Shown here: piece by piece, positions 26,101 through 36,932 of the stretch
How positions within the stretch are numbered: position 1 is the first letter of the stretch
Layout: the number at the start of each line of letters is the position of its first letter
Source of the DNA: Raillietiella orientalis
Lineage: Eukaryota
Assembly: GCA_036172245.1 (NCBI GenBank)
Contig: JAYWIR010000028.1
Span: forward strand, 1-64,000
Direction of reading: 5' to 3'
DNA length: 64,000 nt
Position numbers and translations under genes: made by a program
Notes under the pieces: model-generated
Told to the model about the DNA's origin: nothing
The model's input: only the letters and a program-made list of their open reading frames with translations
Database searches by the model: none

Positions 26101-26731
26101 TGCCCACGCGTGAGCATAGGTGCTGGTCAAGAAACACGTGATCTATGCTGTCGGCCATTTCCGGATCTCCGGCGAACAAGTTGCGCGTGTGCATCTCTGC
26201 GCCCAGCTCGTTCACGCGGTCCCGAAGTGTGTCGGACGCACCTGACAGCAGGCGCAGGTTAAAGTCACCTGCGATTAGGTGCGCTTTGCGCACTTCCGCT
26301 TCGTCCAGATATTCGCGCCTCAGGGTAAGGAAGAAATCTCTCCTTGCCTTTGCCCTTAGCGCGTCGCTGCCGCTTGGGGCGTACACGTTGGTAATGACCA
26401 GATCGATGGAGTCGGACCACCTGATGGTCAACTGCATGACGCGACCGGCACTATCGAACCGTACGCCCTTTGCCACAGCCTCGACAGCTGGATGAAGCAG
26501 GAACGCAACACCGCAAGATTTAACGGTGCCGCAACGCCACAGCAGCCGTCCACCCGAGATACGCTCGATTTCTGTTGCTTGATCTGCGGAAATCACGTGG
26601 ATCTCTTGCAGCAGCACCAGGTCGAACGATGCCAGGGTGGAGGCCACGTCTCGTCTCTTGCCGTCGTCGCTTAGCCCGTTGACGTTCCAACAGGCAATTC
26701 GCAGACGGCGGCAAGAGGCGATTCCTGGCAT
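23164..26731 (-). pseudogene. ORF2 (APE-RT-CCHC) of the full-length element, disrupted
   Basis: Motifs IACWNVNGL, AGDFN, IDHVF, LSDH, WRPITVINADPK, DLHKAFDCV, GIRQGDSLSPLLF, AYADD, KYLG and CARCGERESLTHLLLDC. In-frame stop at 25451; frameshifts near 25080 and 24060-24450. Confidence 0.93.
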
Positions 26732-28370
26732 TAAGGCTGGGAACGTGGCAATGCAGCACCTGTCAACGGACAGGTGGGAGGGACGAGTAAGGAGACCGCG
26801 GCCATCTCAGGCACTTGAAGCACCTGTGGCACAGACTCTCCCCTTTCCCTCCCTCCGGGGTCGCAGCGTGGGGTTACCTCGCGAGGAGTGTCCCCGGAGT
26901 TCCCCACTTTGATCGCACGCTCGCTTCCCTCGATTACCTCTCCCTTTTCCACGGACGGGATAATTTTGCGGGTAGCCTTCTTCGTTCTACTGTCCTTCAA
27001 GCGGGTGGCCGCGATGCCGCAGGCTGTGTTTTCCGCCTCTGCGTCAGAGTTCGGAATCTCCAAGTTCTTGATCGAGGTCGGACGCCTTAAGGCCTTTTTC
27101 GAGGATTTAAGGGGACGCTGCAAGGACGCAGCGAGCTCCTCCGCCGCTCGCTCAAAGGCGACGTCGTCGAGCATGCGTTCGACGACGGACGCCACCGCCG
27201 GGTCGATATCCTCCGGCATTAATTTGCCGGAGGGCTAAAAGTCGGCAGCGACGAGTGCAATTTTGCCGCTCTGTTCGACCGCAGGAATGCGCTTGATGAC
27301 GACAGAGCAGCGTTTGATCTTTTCGCGGCGCGGCAAATTCTCGCTGCGTTTCGCGACATTTTTTTTTGGTTCCTTGAGGCTTTTCTGCCTCTTGGATTTT
27401 ACTACCTGCCATCCAGGTTCCTGGCCGTTCTCCTCGACCTTGTCCGAGTTTTCCAAGATCTCGGAGCTGACCTTCACCTGGGGCACGATAGTTGTTTTTC
27501 TAGCGGCGGCTCTCTCTCGGGTTGCCTGAACTCATCGTTTTCTCGCCGCGCGCTTCTTCGCATTCCGTGAAGACGCGACGCGGACTTCATTTTGCGGGCA
27601 CACTGGAAGAGTGTTCCCTGGCTGCTTGCATTGCTTGCACTGCAAGTGGGGGCACCTTTTTTTCAGGTGACCTGAAGTGCTGCAATGCCCGCAGAAATGC
27701 GGCTTACCGACATACCAGATGTCAACGGGTTCGCCGTTGACCTCCAGCTTGTTTGGTAGGGAGCAACCCTCGCGGACCGTGATGCGCGCGAAAGCCATAT
27801 CGCAATTCAGCAGATCGTACTCCCAAAACGGAGTCGGCTTTTTCCACAACGCGTGGACGGTTCCAAATTTAATTAATTCCTTTCGGACAGCCTCTTTGGC
27901 CATCCGGAAGGGGATTCCGAGGAGGTGGATCACGATAGATCCATCCTCCGTGATGGGGAGGAGCCGACGATTCCCTAAAGGAACAGGTGTACGGAGCAGA
28001 CGCTGGGCAAGACTTGCTTCTTTGCAAATCACATCAACGTACTGTCCACCACTCCTGATGGTCATCGCCAAGAGCTCCTCCTGGGGTACTTTGAGGGAGT
28101 GCATCGCTTTCGAGAAAGCGCGTGCACTCTCAAAGGAGTAGAGGTTGCCTACCTTGTAGAGTAGAGGGAGATTGTACCCCTTCTCCAGGTAGGCTTTTAA
28201 CTAAGCCGCAGCTGCTTCTGTTGGCGCCGCAGCCACGGAACTCCAGCTTCTCCCTAGCGGATGAGTCACTTCTGTGGGGGCGGTTGCCCCCACATCCATT
28301 GATTCAGGAGGCGACATAGACGTCTCCCCCTCCTTAACATTGGTGGTGGTCCCAGGCATTGCTGCCTAGC
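26731..28370 (-). pseudogene. ORF1 of the full-length element, frameshifted
   Basis: CGHCSTSGHLKKRC and CKQCKQPGNTLPVC; split into ORF-track pieces 28104-27532, 27486-27235 and 27219-26731. Confidence 0.85.
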
Positions 28371-28450
28371 CACCAGCGAATCCACTGGAACACCAAGAAA
28401 AAAAAAACAAAAAAATAAAACTACAAACGCTCACGAGCGAAACAAAAACC

Positions 28451-28482
28451 CGTCCGCTCTCGCTCGTGGACTGGGACGATTT
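28451..28482 (-). promoter_or_regulatory. Putative internal Pol II promoter with DPE
   Basis: GGACG lies at +28 to +32 counted from the TSD-defined first base (28482), the canonical DPE position. Confidence 0.6.
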
Positions 28483-28497
28483 GCGTGCCACCTTCGT
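28483..28497 (+). repeat. Target-site duplication, right copy
   Basis: GCGTGCCACCTTCGT, identical to 22903-22917. Confidence 0.95.
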
Positions 28498-30625
28498 GGA
28501 CCCCCGTCCTGTGACTTTCTGCTCGCGACGTCCGCTTCCCGCTACCGAACCTCCCGTTTCCCCCCCCGTCGCCAGTCTCGGAAAGGGCGCGCGTGACTCC
28601 CAACGGGTGAGGCGTGTGATCCAACGCCACGCGAGGTAAGGAGGCATTCTTAGCCTAGCGAAAAGGGCGGCTTCTCGAAAGACCTCACCACTCGCGTTGC
28701 CTAAGGCATGGTTCAAGGCTAGAAGGAGAGACGCCGCCGCACGTGCCGCTCCGCGCAGGGTTGCCTCCCTACGTTGCCATCTGTTCTTCCAACGGCTCCC
28801 ATGGTACGCTATTGCGATCCGAGGTTGATGGCGGAAGGTCGAAGATTCCCGGAGGTGAAGAGTGGGCGATGCTTCGGTGTAGTCGACATCGCTCCCACTG
28901 CCGCACCATGGCATCGCCGCTTATTCGGGAAGAGAACGTCTGAGCTTTCAACGGAATCCCGAGAGAAACGCCATGCTCTCCCTCCTCCTTCCATCGATTG
29001 CCCCTTGTTTTGTCCGCCGAAGGGGGCTCTTCTTGCTTGCGGGAGAGGAAGCCGCAACGAAGCGGACTTTCTAACGGTCTTCTCCCACCAATCGGCGTTT
29101 CCTCCTTGCCTCTTTCGCACCGCGTGCGCGTCCACGGAACGACTCTCCATGCGAGACTCCCTACGTGGAGCAGAAGGTGGAGCGTAAGATTTTCCGCTCG
29201 GGCGCCGGAAACTACACGAGGGAGAAACTGCTCAACAGGAGAGCATCCGTCCATCCGTCTTGACTTGCGTGGATCCACGTCTCCTAGGCAGCTGTGTTCG
29301 GTAAAAAGGTGGACAGCCGGCGCTTCCCTGGAAAGGTCGCTTCCGCGTGCCCAGCTGACGTATCCCGGGAAGATTTCCCATACAGAGCAGCATCGGTCTG
29401 GATCGCAGGGTCTGTGACAGTTCTCGAGACAGAAGCGGATCGTCGAACTTCCAGGCAGCGTGGCTCGTCTGGAGGGGGAAGGTCACCCGATCCCATGACT
29501 GCGCGTGCAAGGCCAGGAAGCTGCCAAGGGGATGGAGGAGGAGAAACAGCCTCATCTCCCTGGAATGAACCCGTAAGCGAGGAACACAGGTTTACAAGCA
29601 AAGTTGCGGGGCTGGCCTTCCGTTCCGGAGGTGGTGTACGTTGTCTGCGAAACCGCCCGTACGCTTTCGCTGTGTTTGGCATCTCCGTAGGAGTGTCAAG
29701 AGAAAAGGGGCAAAGGGGTCATGCACTGAATGCGTCTACCGCGGAACCCGGCTTCGGGCATCCTTCGGGGATTCTACCTGGTTTCCAATTTTCGAGCGCA
29801 TCACGTAAGTGCAAGGAATGCTGGAAGACAGTACTCTCCTCGACGCGTAGGCCAGTGCCTCCAACTCCTCGTTTTTACGTCCCTTCTCCTCGGTATATCC
29901 CATCCCTCTCTCTCACTTTGCAGAGGAGTGCGTGTTCACTCCCTGGGACGCTCTCAGATCCAGACAGTGAGCACCAGGTGAGGCGACTCTTCCATCTCTA
30001 CCGCCATTCCCCAAGCAGAAATAGCCAGCAGCTGTTCCTCAGGAAGGTTCGCGAAATAAACCTCATGCAGTTCTGCTCTTCCTTCTCACCCTCTCCTCTC
30101 CGTCAAGACCGGGCAAAAGGGGAGCACGTGGAAGATGAAAAGTGTGCCTGGGGTTCAACGCTGCTCGCTTGGCAGCATCCTCTGCGCTCGACAAAATCCG
30201 CGTTTCTTTCCATCTTCCGTTCCAACTTTTTCACTGCTCATCCTTCACCCAGGTCAGCAAACGCGTAGGCAGGAAGGGAGGAAAATCCGTTCATCCCAAG
30301 ACCTTCACGCTCCTCCCCCTCAGGATATGACCCTTCCGAGTTGCAAGCGCTGCCACCCGGCGCTTCCTCGGTCCCCTTGCAAGTGATGGCAGTCCGACTT
30401 CCTCCTCAAGCACCTGCTTCCTGGTCCGGGGACTAGCTGGAAGCAGTGGATAGGAACAGGATGGGATAGGAAGAGTAGCGCAGAAGAAATCGATCATCTC
30501 CCCATTTCCCCTTCCTTCCTGCAACCGTCCTTATCCACCTCCCCCCATCTCTCCGCTTAGCGCTATCGAATGGTTGAGCTGAATGAGAGAACTGCAACTT
30601 CACATTTGCTTCATTTTCTGCTCAG

Positions 30626-30810
30626 TTCCAGCGCGGTGCAACGAACCGATGGTGGTTGGAAAATGCAGAGGAAGTTTTCCAAGGTGGTACTACGACCCTG
30701 AATCAAAAAGCTGCAAACATTTCGTATATGGTGGATGTGATGGAAATAACAACAACTTTTCGAGCCATATTCTATGCACGCTGACCTGCGTGGTACCAAA
30801 GGACTTTTGA
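30626..30810 (+). CDS. Kunitz gene copy 1, terminal exon: Kunitz/BPTI domain (P1 Arg)
   Basis: CNEPMVVGKCRGSFPRWYYDPESKSCKHFVYGGCDGNNNNFSSHILCTLTC has six Cys and the FxYGGCxGNxNNF signature; acceptor ttttctgctcAG, phase 1; downstream AATAAA motifs near 30994 and 31059. Confidence 0.92.
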
Positions 30811-31149
30811 AATTACGATGTAACGCTTTATTTTCTTTCGAAAGAATAATATACAATCGGTACGGTGCAATGCAGATTTACCAACAGTTTTTCTTTTCTC
30901 CTTTGCGCACTAAGATCCAGAAGGTCCAAAAAAGACATTAGAAAAATTCCCACCATTGCAACATCTTACCAGAACGTTAGAACACGTTTCATCAATAAAC
31001 CATCTATCACTCTTTCTGTTCTTCAAGAGGATTTTCCAAGGGCATTTTATTCCTAGAGAATAAAAAATTGGCGTTTGAGTGGGAACCTTCCCCTCAAAAG
31101 ACAATAAGTTTTTATAACAATTTCTGTTGATTGCCCTTTTTTCTGTTGT

Positions 31150-32220
31150 TTGAGCTCATCGCTTGCGGTTGCATCGTCCATAGATGCACTGAAGAGTTGC
31201 AAAAGAAGTTCCTCCTCTCGCGATGTTTTCTCCGTGAATTGAGGGCTTATTATCACACGTCGAAGGAAAATCGGAGAGGATTTAATTTCCCAGGAACTCG
31301 GAATTGAAGTGCTGATGGTCGGAAGAATATTTGCGACTCATCGGGCAGCCTGTGGTGTAAGGGCTGCAAAAGGAGCTTGGAAAGAATTTGGGGCTTTCTC
31401 TGTGCACTTTGATCAAAATGCCGAAGTGGGAATGATCTCACATTTCGGAGACGGGAGCTTTTCAAGAGATTGAGTCTTGCCAAGTGACATTCTAGAGAAA
31501 ATTTCACTGCGTTGCAGGAAGATGTTTTGGTTATTACAGCTGACAGATTAATCCGCCGAACAATAGATGGAATCGAAGATTGAAAATCTGATGGAGGAAA
31601 TCATGAAGAAGAAGCAGGCGAGATTGTAGAAGCCTAAAGGCACAACATTCCATTGAAGGTTTAAACAAGAAAAAAGATCGCCTGCATTTTCGGGAGGCGA
31701 AGTTTCCGATAGTTCATTGAAAGTTGTGAAAGTCCTCACGCCGTTCGAGGATGAAAATAGAAAATGCAATGCACTTTTGGATTCTTCTCGTTTGCCAAGT
31801 GCTGAGACCTGGCCGGGTGATGTTCGCGCAGCACTGTGGACTGAGGAAGAACATCGACTGAAGCAGTTGATCAGATTGATAAAGATGAGAGTAGCAGAGA
31901 TATCTCATGCAAAAGGATTCCCAATGGTGTATCTCTTAGGGCCAAAAGCCTTTTGAATGGTATTGCTGATAACTCGGCTGAAGCTGATAGAGGTATCAGC
32001 ACAATGAGGAAGATTCTTGGTATTAAAGAAAAATCCATCCTTACAGAGACAGCAAGTCACTTAGTGAACGTGAATTCCAGAGGGACATCCCTGAAAGAGT
32101 TTGAATCAATTGCTCACGTTACATCCTGGTTGGGAAAAGGACACAATCTGGCAAGCGGCAATCGGGTGAAAGAAAAAGTTCCCACTGCATCTTCTTGCCA
32201 TAAGCAAAGTCTGATTTGAT
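31150..32220 (+). pseudogene. hAT transposase fossil, inverted duplicate of 14890-15962
   Basis: Near-identical reverse complement with the same ORF-track fragments. Confidence 0.65.
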
Positions 32221-32329
32221 CGAGCGGGAACATTTTCTTTTGCTGGAATTTACTCTTGCGGGAAGAGGCTGCGGCGTGGAACACGTGCATGTCCCCGCTT
32301 TTCGGCACCCTGCCTTTCGTTTGAACCCC

Positions 32330-33180
32330 TACGTAAAGTGTGCAGCGGAGGGACGAGGGGACCATCCTCTGAATCACCCTGTGGTGCTAAGGGAGGCCCC
32401 ATATCCGCTAGAACTTCTTCGCTCAAGTACCTTCGCGTTCCGCTAGGCGACCTCGGCGCTGCCGAGGCGTGGTCGGACTGCCTTCATGAGGCAGAGTTGG
32501 CCGTCAGCCCGTTCATTAACGGCAAGTTTACCTTGCCGGAACGGGTGGCTATTTGGAACACCTTGGTGGCCTCCCTTTTCCGACCCCTGTTTTTTTCCTT
32601 TTTTCTGTCTTTCGCCCCCCTACGCGGCGAAAGAGCGGGCAAAATACCTGCTAGGAACGCTCTCTGGTGTTTGGGGCGATCCAGGGTCCGCCTAAAAGAC
32701 TTGTCGTCTCCACGTCGGGATGCCGGACTTGGCATCCTGACGATGGAGCGGATAGGACTGCAAGTGCAGTTCCGGATGCTGGCACTGTGAGCAGAGCTTT
32801 GGACATGCCCCCTGTGTGCCCCTGAGCGCATTCTCTTACAGAGGTGTGCTGGCAGTGAAGGACTTCTTTCCATGGTGCCTTCCAGGCGCCACAGAAAACA
32901 GGGGTTTTGGCTATCCTTTGAGAGCACTCGCATCATTGCTGGAAGCCAATTTGTGGGTTTCCTGCCGCCCAACGAACTTCAGCTCTTAATGGCAGGAATC
33001 TGTTGATTCCTGGGCTGCATTTCTGGAAATGAGTCTTGGTGATCTTTGCCCACTGCGCCAATTCCAACCTTGGTCACTCCAAGATGTGATACAGGACGAT
33101 GTGAAGATTTCCTTCCTAGCCGCCACGTCCCTCGTCCAGGCGATTTTTGCGCTCACGGCTAGAGAAGACAGTAGCCAGCC
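32330..33180 (+). mobile_element. R10 copy, 3'-truncated
   Basis: SSLKYLRVPLGD...ERVAIWNTLV; matches 56830-57678. Confidence 0.8.
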
Positions 33181-34329
33181 GGCTACTGTTTTCTCTGGAT
33201 ACGTGTGTCAACGGCGGCGTTTGCGCGGTGCCGAGGCCTTTGCCGCGGGCGGGAAACGGCACGAAACTTCGGTGCCCTCGGCCCCTGTCGCTCTTCCAGC
33301 ACACGTGCTGTGCAAAGAAATCCAGCTGAGGATGGCTTCCGACTCCGGAAATTTCCTATTAGTTTCCCGAAAAATGACTGCGAGCGACTCAGCATCCAGT
33401 ACAGGAATCCGGTCTTGGAAACTTTGGCGATTCTCAGCAAACTTTGTGTGCAGTGTTGAAGAAGAAATGAAGAAATGAAACACCCACGTGGAGAAAGAGT
33501 GAAACGGAAGCACGGACAGTAGATGATGAGGTGTCATCTGTTTCGGAAGGAATACACGAATCCATACAGGAAACGGAAGCTGATGCAGAACATTTCACTG
33601 CGACAGAGCACGCGCTCGGAGGATAACCTCCCATCTTTCCATCGCTCTGTAGGACTTTTGCACGTCCTCGGGCAGAACGGAAGATAAACGGGAAATCGAA
33701 TCCTTCTAAGATAGTGAGCTCTCTAATGTACACCTTGTAAGCCGTGCAGGAATCCTCGTGCTGCTTGTTGGGTGGGACGTTCGATTGCTTTCTCGGGAGC
33801 AGATATCCAAATTTTCAGATGTTGACAGGAGCGTAAGAGAAGAGGCCCTGGATGAAGATGTGGTCCGACAGGCTTCAGAAGTTGATTTTTACATACATCC
33901 CGGAATGATCTTTTTTCCGGTGTCCCTTCGACTTGTTGCGGAAGCAGTCCTCCATGCACCTGCCAGTGTCTCAGTCCGGGTGCAGAACGCACGAACCAAA
34001 TTCTTCGGATGGACATTCCGCATCGGTAAAACCTCAGCATAAAGCGTGGCTTTCGTGTCTGAGCCACTCCGAGAAGTCGTATAGCGATGATCCCATCGAT
34101 CCACATATTTGTCAGGGGTCATTTTTCACCTTATCCTCCTGCCGCGCGTGGGGTCGGTGGCAGACGAATCTCCGCCTTTAGATACGCTGTTCACGAAAGG
34201 CACCAACCTCCAAGCGAGTGTGGAGAAAGCGCCCTTGCCTGGAGGGCGAGGCCTCTCGACACCAGTGCTTCCTTTTCGAACTGACCGAATGGAGAAGGAT
34301 TTTCGGCGGCGAGGCTCGTCGTGGGTTCC

Positions 34330-35700
34330 GGGAAATGCGTGTTTGTTTGTTCTCTTTCGGTTCGTATTCTGCTGCTCCCTTCGGGCGACCATGCCGCAGT
34401 GTCTTCACGCTAGCGTCACCCTGCTGCGACTGGCAATGGAGGGCTTCTGCAAAGAAGCAGCTTGTTTCCACGCTGCCCCTTGTTAATTCATCAGTGATGC
34501 GGCTTCTCCAAATGGGGTCTTCGTTTCCTCCGCCGCATCGGTTCTCGAGCTGCAGCAAGTTCTCATTGCAGAGGGCACCTTCGCACACATGGCTGCTGAG
34601 CAGGTTCAGCAGTGGGGAGAGCGAAATGGCAGCGGAAGTGCGTGAGGAGCACTTGCGGAAACCCTGGTGCAGTGCACACGCACCGAGCTCCACAGATGGA
34701 TAGCAGGAAAAGGAGTCATCCTCGTCCGTGGATCGTTCAGCGCACTTTACGCGCTGCAGGAAACAGCAAAGGACACTTCGTCTGCCCTGAGAACACGCAT
34801 TGCCAGGGCGCACGTGCAAATGGATCCCGTGCGAGGTTTCCCAACATTTGCGGAAGCGCAACCAGCGCACAGTTCGTTTCTCAGCCCATTTTCTTCCGCC
34901 GTCAACGCAACAGCTCAATGGACCTGCAAAGACCAGGGAGGTTGCTGTGGGTATTCCATGTGGCATTCACGGTAGCTTCCCAATACCGTGCACCTCTGAA
35001 ACACGTGCTCCCTTTCTCTCTATCACTGCCGGAGCTATCTTTCCACCTTGCTTCCTGTCCTCCAATTCCCCAATGGCCATCTGCTCACCGTGCTCACTCC
35101 CGAGGCATCATGGTAACGCTCGCACTTCACACAATGCAAAGCTCCGTTCACGTCCTTCGTTCCCGCGGCGCAAAGATCACCCCTGCGACCCTGCAGAGGA
35201 CATCCCATTCGGCCTGCTGACGACTGCCACCTAGTTTTGGCCGTTCTTTTGGTAACCTTCGGGTAAGCTCGGAAAGGAACGAGGGAAGGGGGCAGTTAGG
35301 AGCCAGGGAAGAGTTTGGTCAGAGAACATTTGCAGGCTACTCCACGTGTTCGCTTGCCAATGACGAACGGTGAGCGTGGAACACGAAGAGAGGAGTTCTA
35401 GGCACTTTTAGATTCCTTTTTCTTCCGGCGAAAACCATGCTAACCGACACGAGCATAGCAGCACGAGTTGTCAGCAGCATTTTGGTTTTCTTTGCAATCG
35501 ACATTTGTACGAACGTCAACGGAAGCAGATGACCCCGGAAGTCACATTTGTGCTCCGAGGAGGAAACTTCTGACGGCGGACGATGATACGGTGCGATCGA
35601 GAGGTGGAAGTTTGTGGCTCGCTCATCTGACAGCGATTCTTCCAGCTCTATGAAAGCAAGAAGATTTCGAAAGCATCCGGGAGCGCTCACGGCAGCAGGA
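34330..35700 (+). mobile_element. Probable heavily decayed non-LTR 5' UTR and ORF1
   Basis: GT-rich UTR-like tract near 34335 and TFAHMAA resembling SFADVAA of R2 ORF1; weak evidence. Confidence 0.35.
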
Positions 35701-36513
35701 GAGGAGCTCCAACAGACGACGCTGAGATAAATGCCCTCGGCTGGTGTTTCCTTTCTCGTCCTCCGGCGAAAGGAAGATAGAAGATACCTTGCAAAGCTGT
35801 CGATCGATCAGCTTTCTCTAGGAAAGATGAGCACCCGTTGGCACGGATGAGAGGCAGCTCGCAAGCGTAGAGGACAGCGTTGCAGACGTGGTCCAAACAA
35901 CCCCAGGCATCCGCATATCTGAGTGAAATCTTAGAGATGGAATCCTTTCAGGAAGAAATTGGCGGGAAGAACTTTTTCCGGTGAAAATCGCTCTGTCTTC
36001 GAGACTGAGGAAATGAGTTGCTTAGAGCGAGAGTCTTCCGGTGTCCAACAAGTCCACCGACATCGCCGAGCGACGCAGAAAGCACGTCCGAGAAAGCACC
36101 GTCGATCGAAACCCCCGATGACGTAATCAAAAAGGATCGTAATATATAATTCTGTGTGTGCTCATTCTGCATGAAGTAATATACAAATTGTATTTGATAT
36201 ACACGGTGATTTCTATTTATGAGGATCCCTAGTATGAACATTCCTATGGCTGGAACCTGCATCGTTATGAGATTTATCGACAGACCCTTAAGTAATGCAT
36301 TTTATGAATAATTTTTGGAGCACATTCCTGATGGATATGTTGAAGATTATAGAAAATAGATAAATGTGCTCATGCTTTCAAACCCATCAATATTTGCAGA
36401 TCATGTGAACGCATATATAGGAATATAAATATGTGAATATAAATACGCAGGCATGTATTTCCCATGCCGTCACTGCGCGGAGCCACTCCGACACGCGCGC
36501 GCCTTCTCTCCCC

Positions 36514-36932
36514 TCTTCTGCCCGCTGCTTTGACTCTCTTGTGCCTACAGCAGGTTCACCAGTGTCCATGTACCTGCAGTCACTACATTTCTAATCCACT
36601 AGTGAGAAATAGGCTTGCAATCGCCACATGAAAGTCATTACAGCTATTCTATCAGGAATGGCAAGCAGAACCATGCCCGACGGTTCCATCACCTTGGGAA
36701 TTCCTAACGATTCAGCAGCTTTCGACGCATTTTTGCGTTTCCTCTTTGTATCATGAGGATGCAAGTTTGCAAAATCACAAATTCAAATGTACGTGAAATT
36801 ATGCTGTGAAGTGTTCAAGCAGAGCCATGATTTACTGAAGCATACGTAATATCGAAAAGACACTCTTTCTCACATTAGACCAGTTCCAAAGCGATGGACA
36901 ATGGCAGAAAGACTCACACCCGGGAGTAGTTG
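36514..36932. repeat. Diverged inverted copy of 42943-43358
   Basis: Reverse complement aligns (MDTGEPAVGTRESKQRAEE vs MGTGDPAVGTGESKQRAED). Confidence 0.85.

Larger units (their letters stand above)
22918..28482 (-). mobile_element. Full-length 5,565-bp L1/Tx1-like retrotransposon, antisense in the Kunitz intron
   Basis: Bounded by a 15-bp TSD; contains 5' UTR, ORF1, ORF2 and 3' UTR; ends AATAAATGCCCCGGCGCAACCAGTGAGCA with no poly(A). Confidence 0.96.
18800..31136. repeat. Segmental duplication block carrying Kunitz gene copy 1; inverted copy at 44267-51030 lacks the 22918-28482 insertion
   Basis: Mirror-image ORF-track translations are nearly identical along the block (e.g. 19018-22300 vs 47525-50800; 28743-31056 vs 44347-46662). 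Confidence 0.95.

Noticed and set aside
29294..30268. 324-aa ORF and its inverted copy 45317-46111
   Set aside because: No recognisable domain, truncated in the paralog, and located in GC-rich intronic debris.
30583..30625. ORF-track N-terminus MRELQLHICFIFCS for the Kunitz protein
   Set aside because: It is the branch and polypyrimidine region before a good AG acceptor, not a convincing signal peptide.
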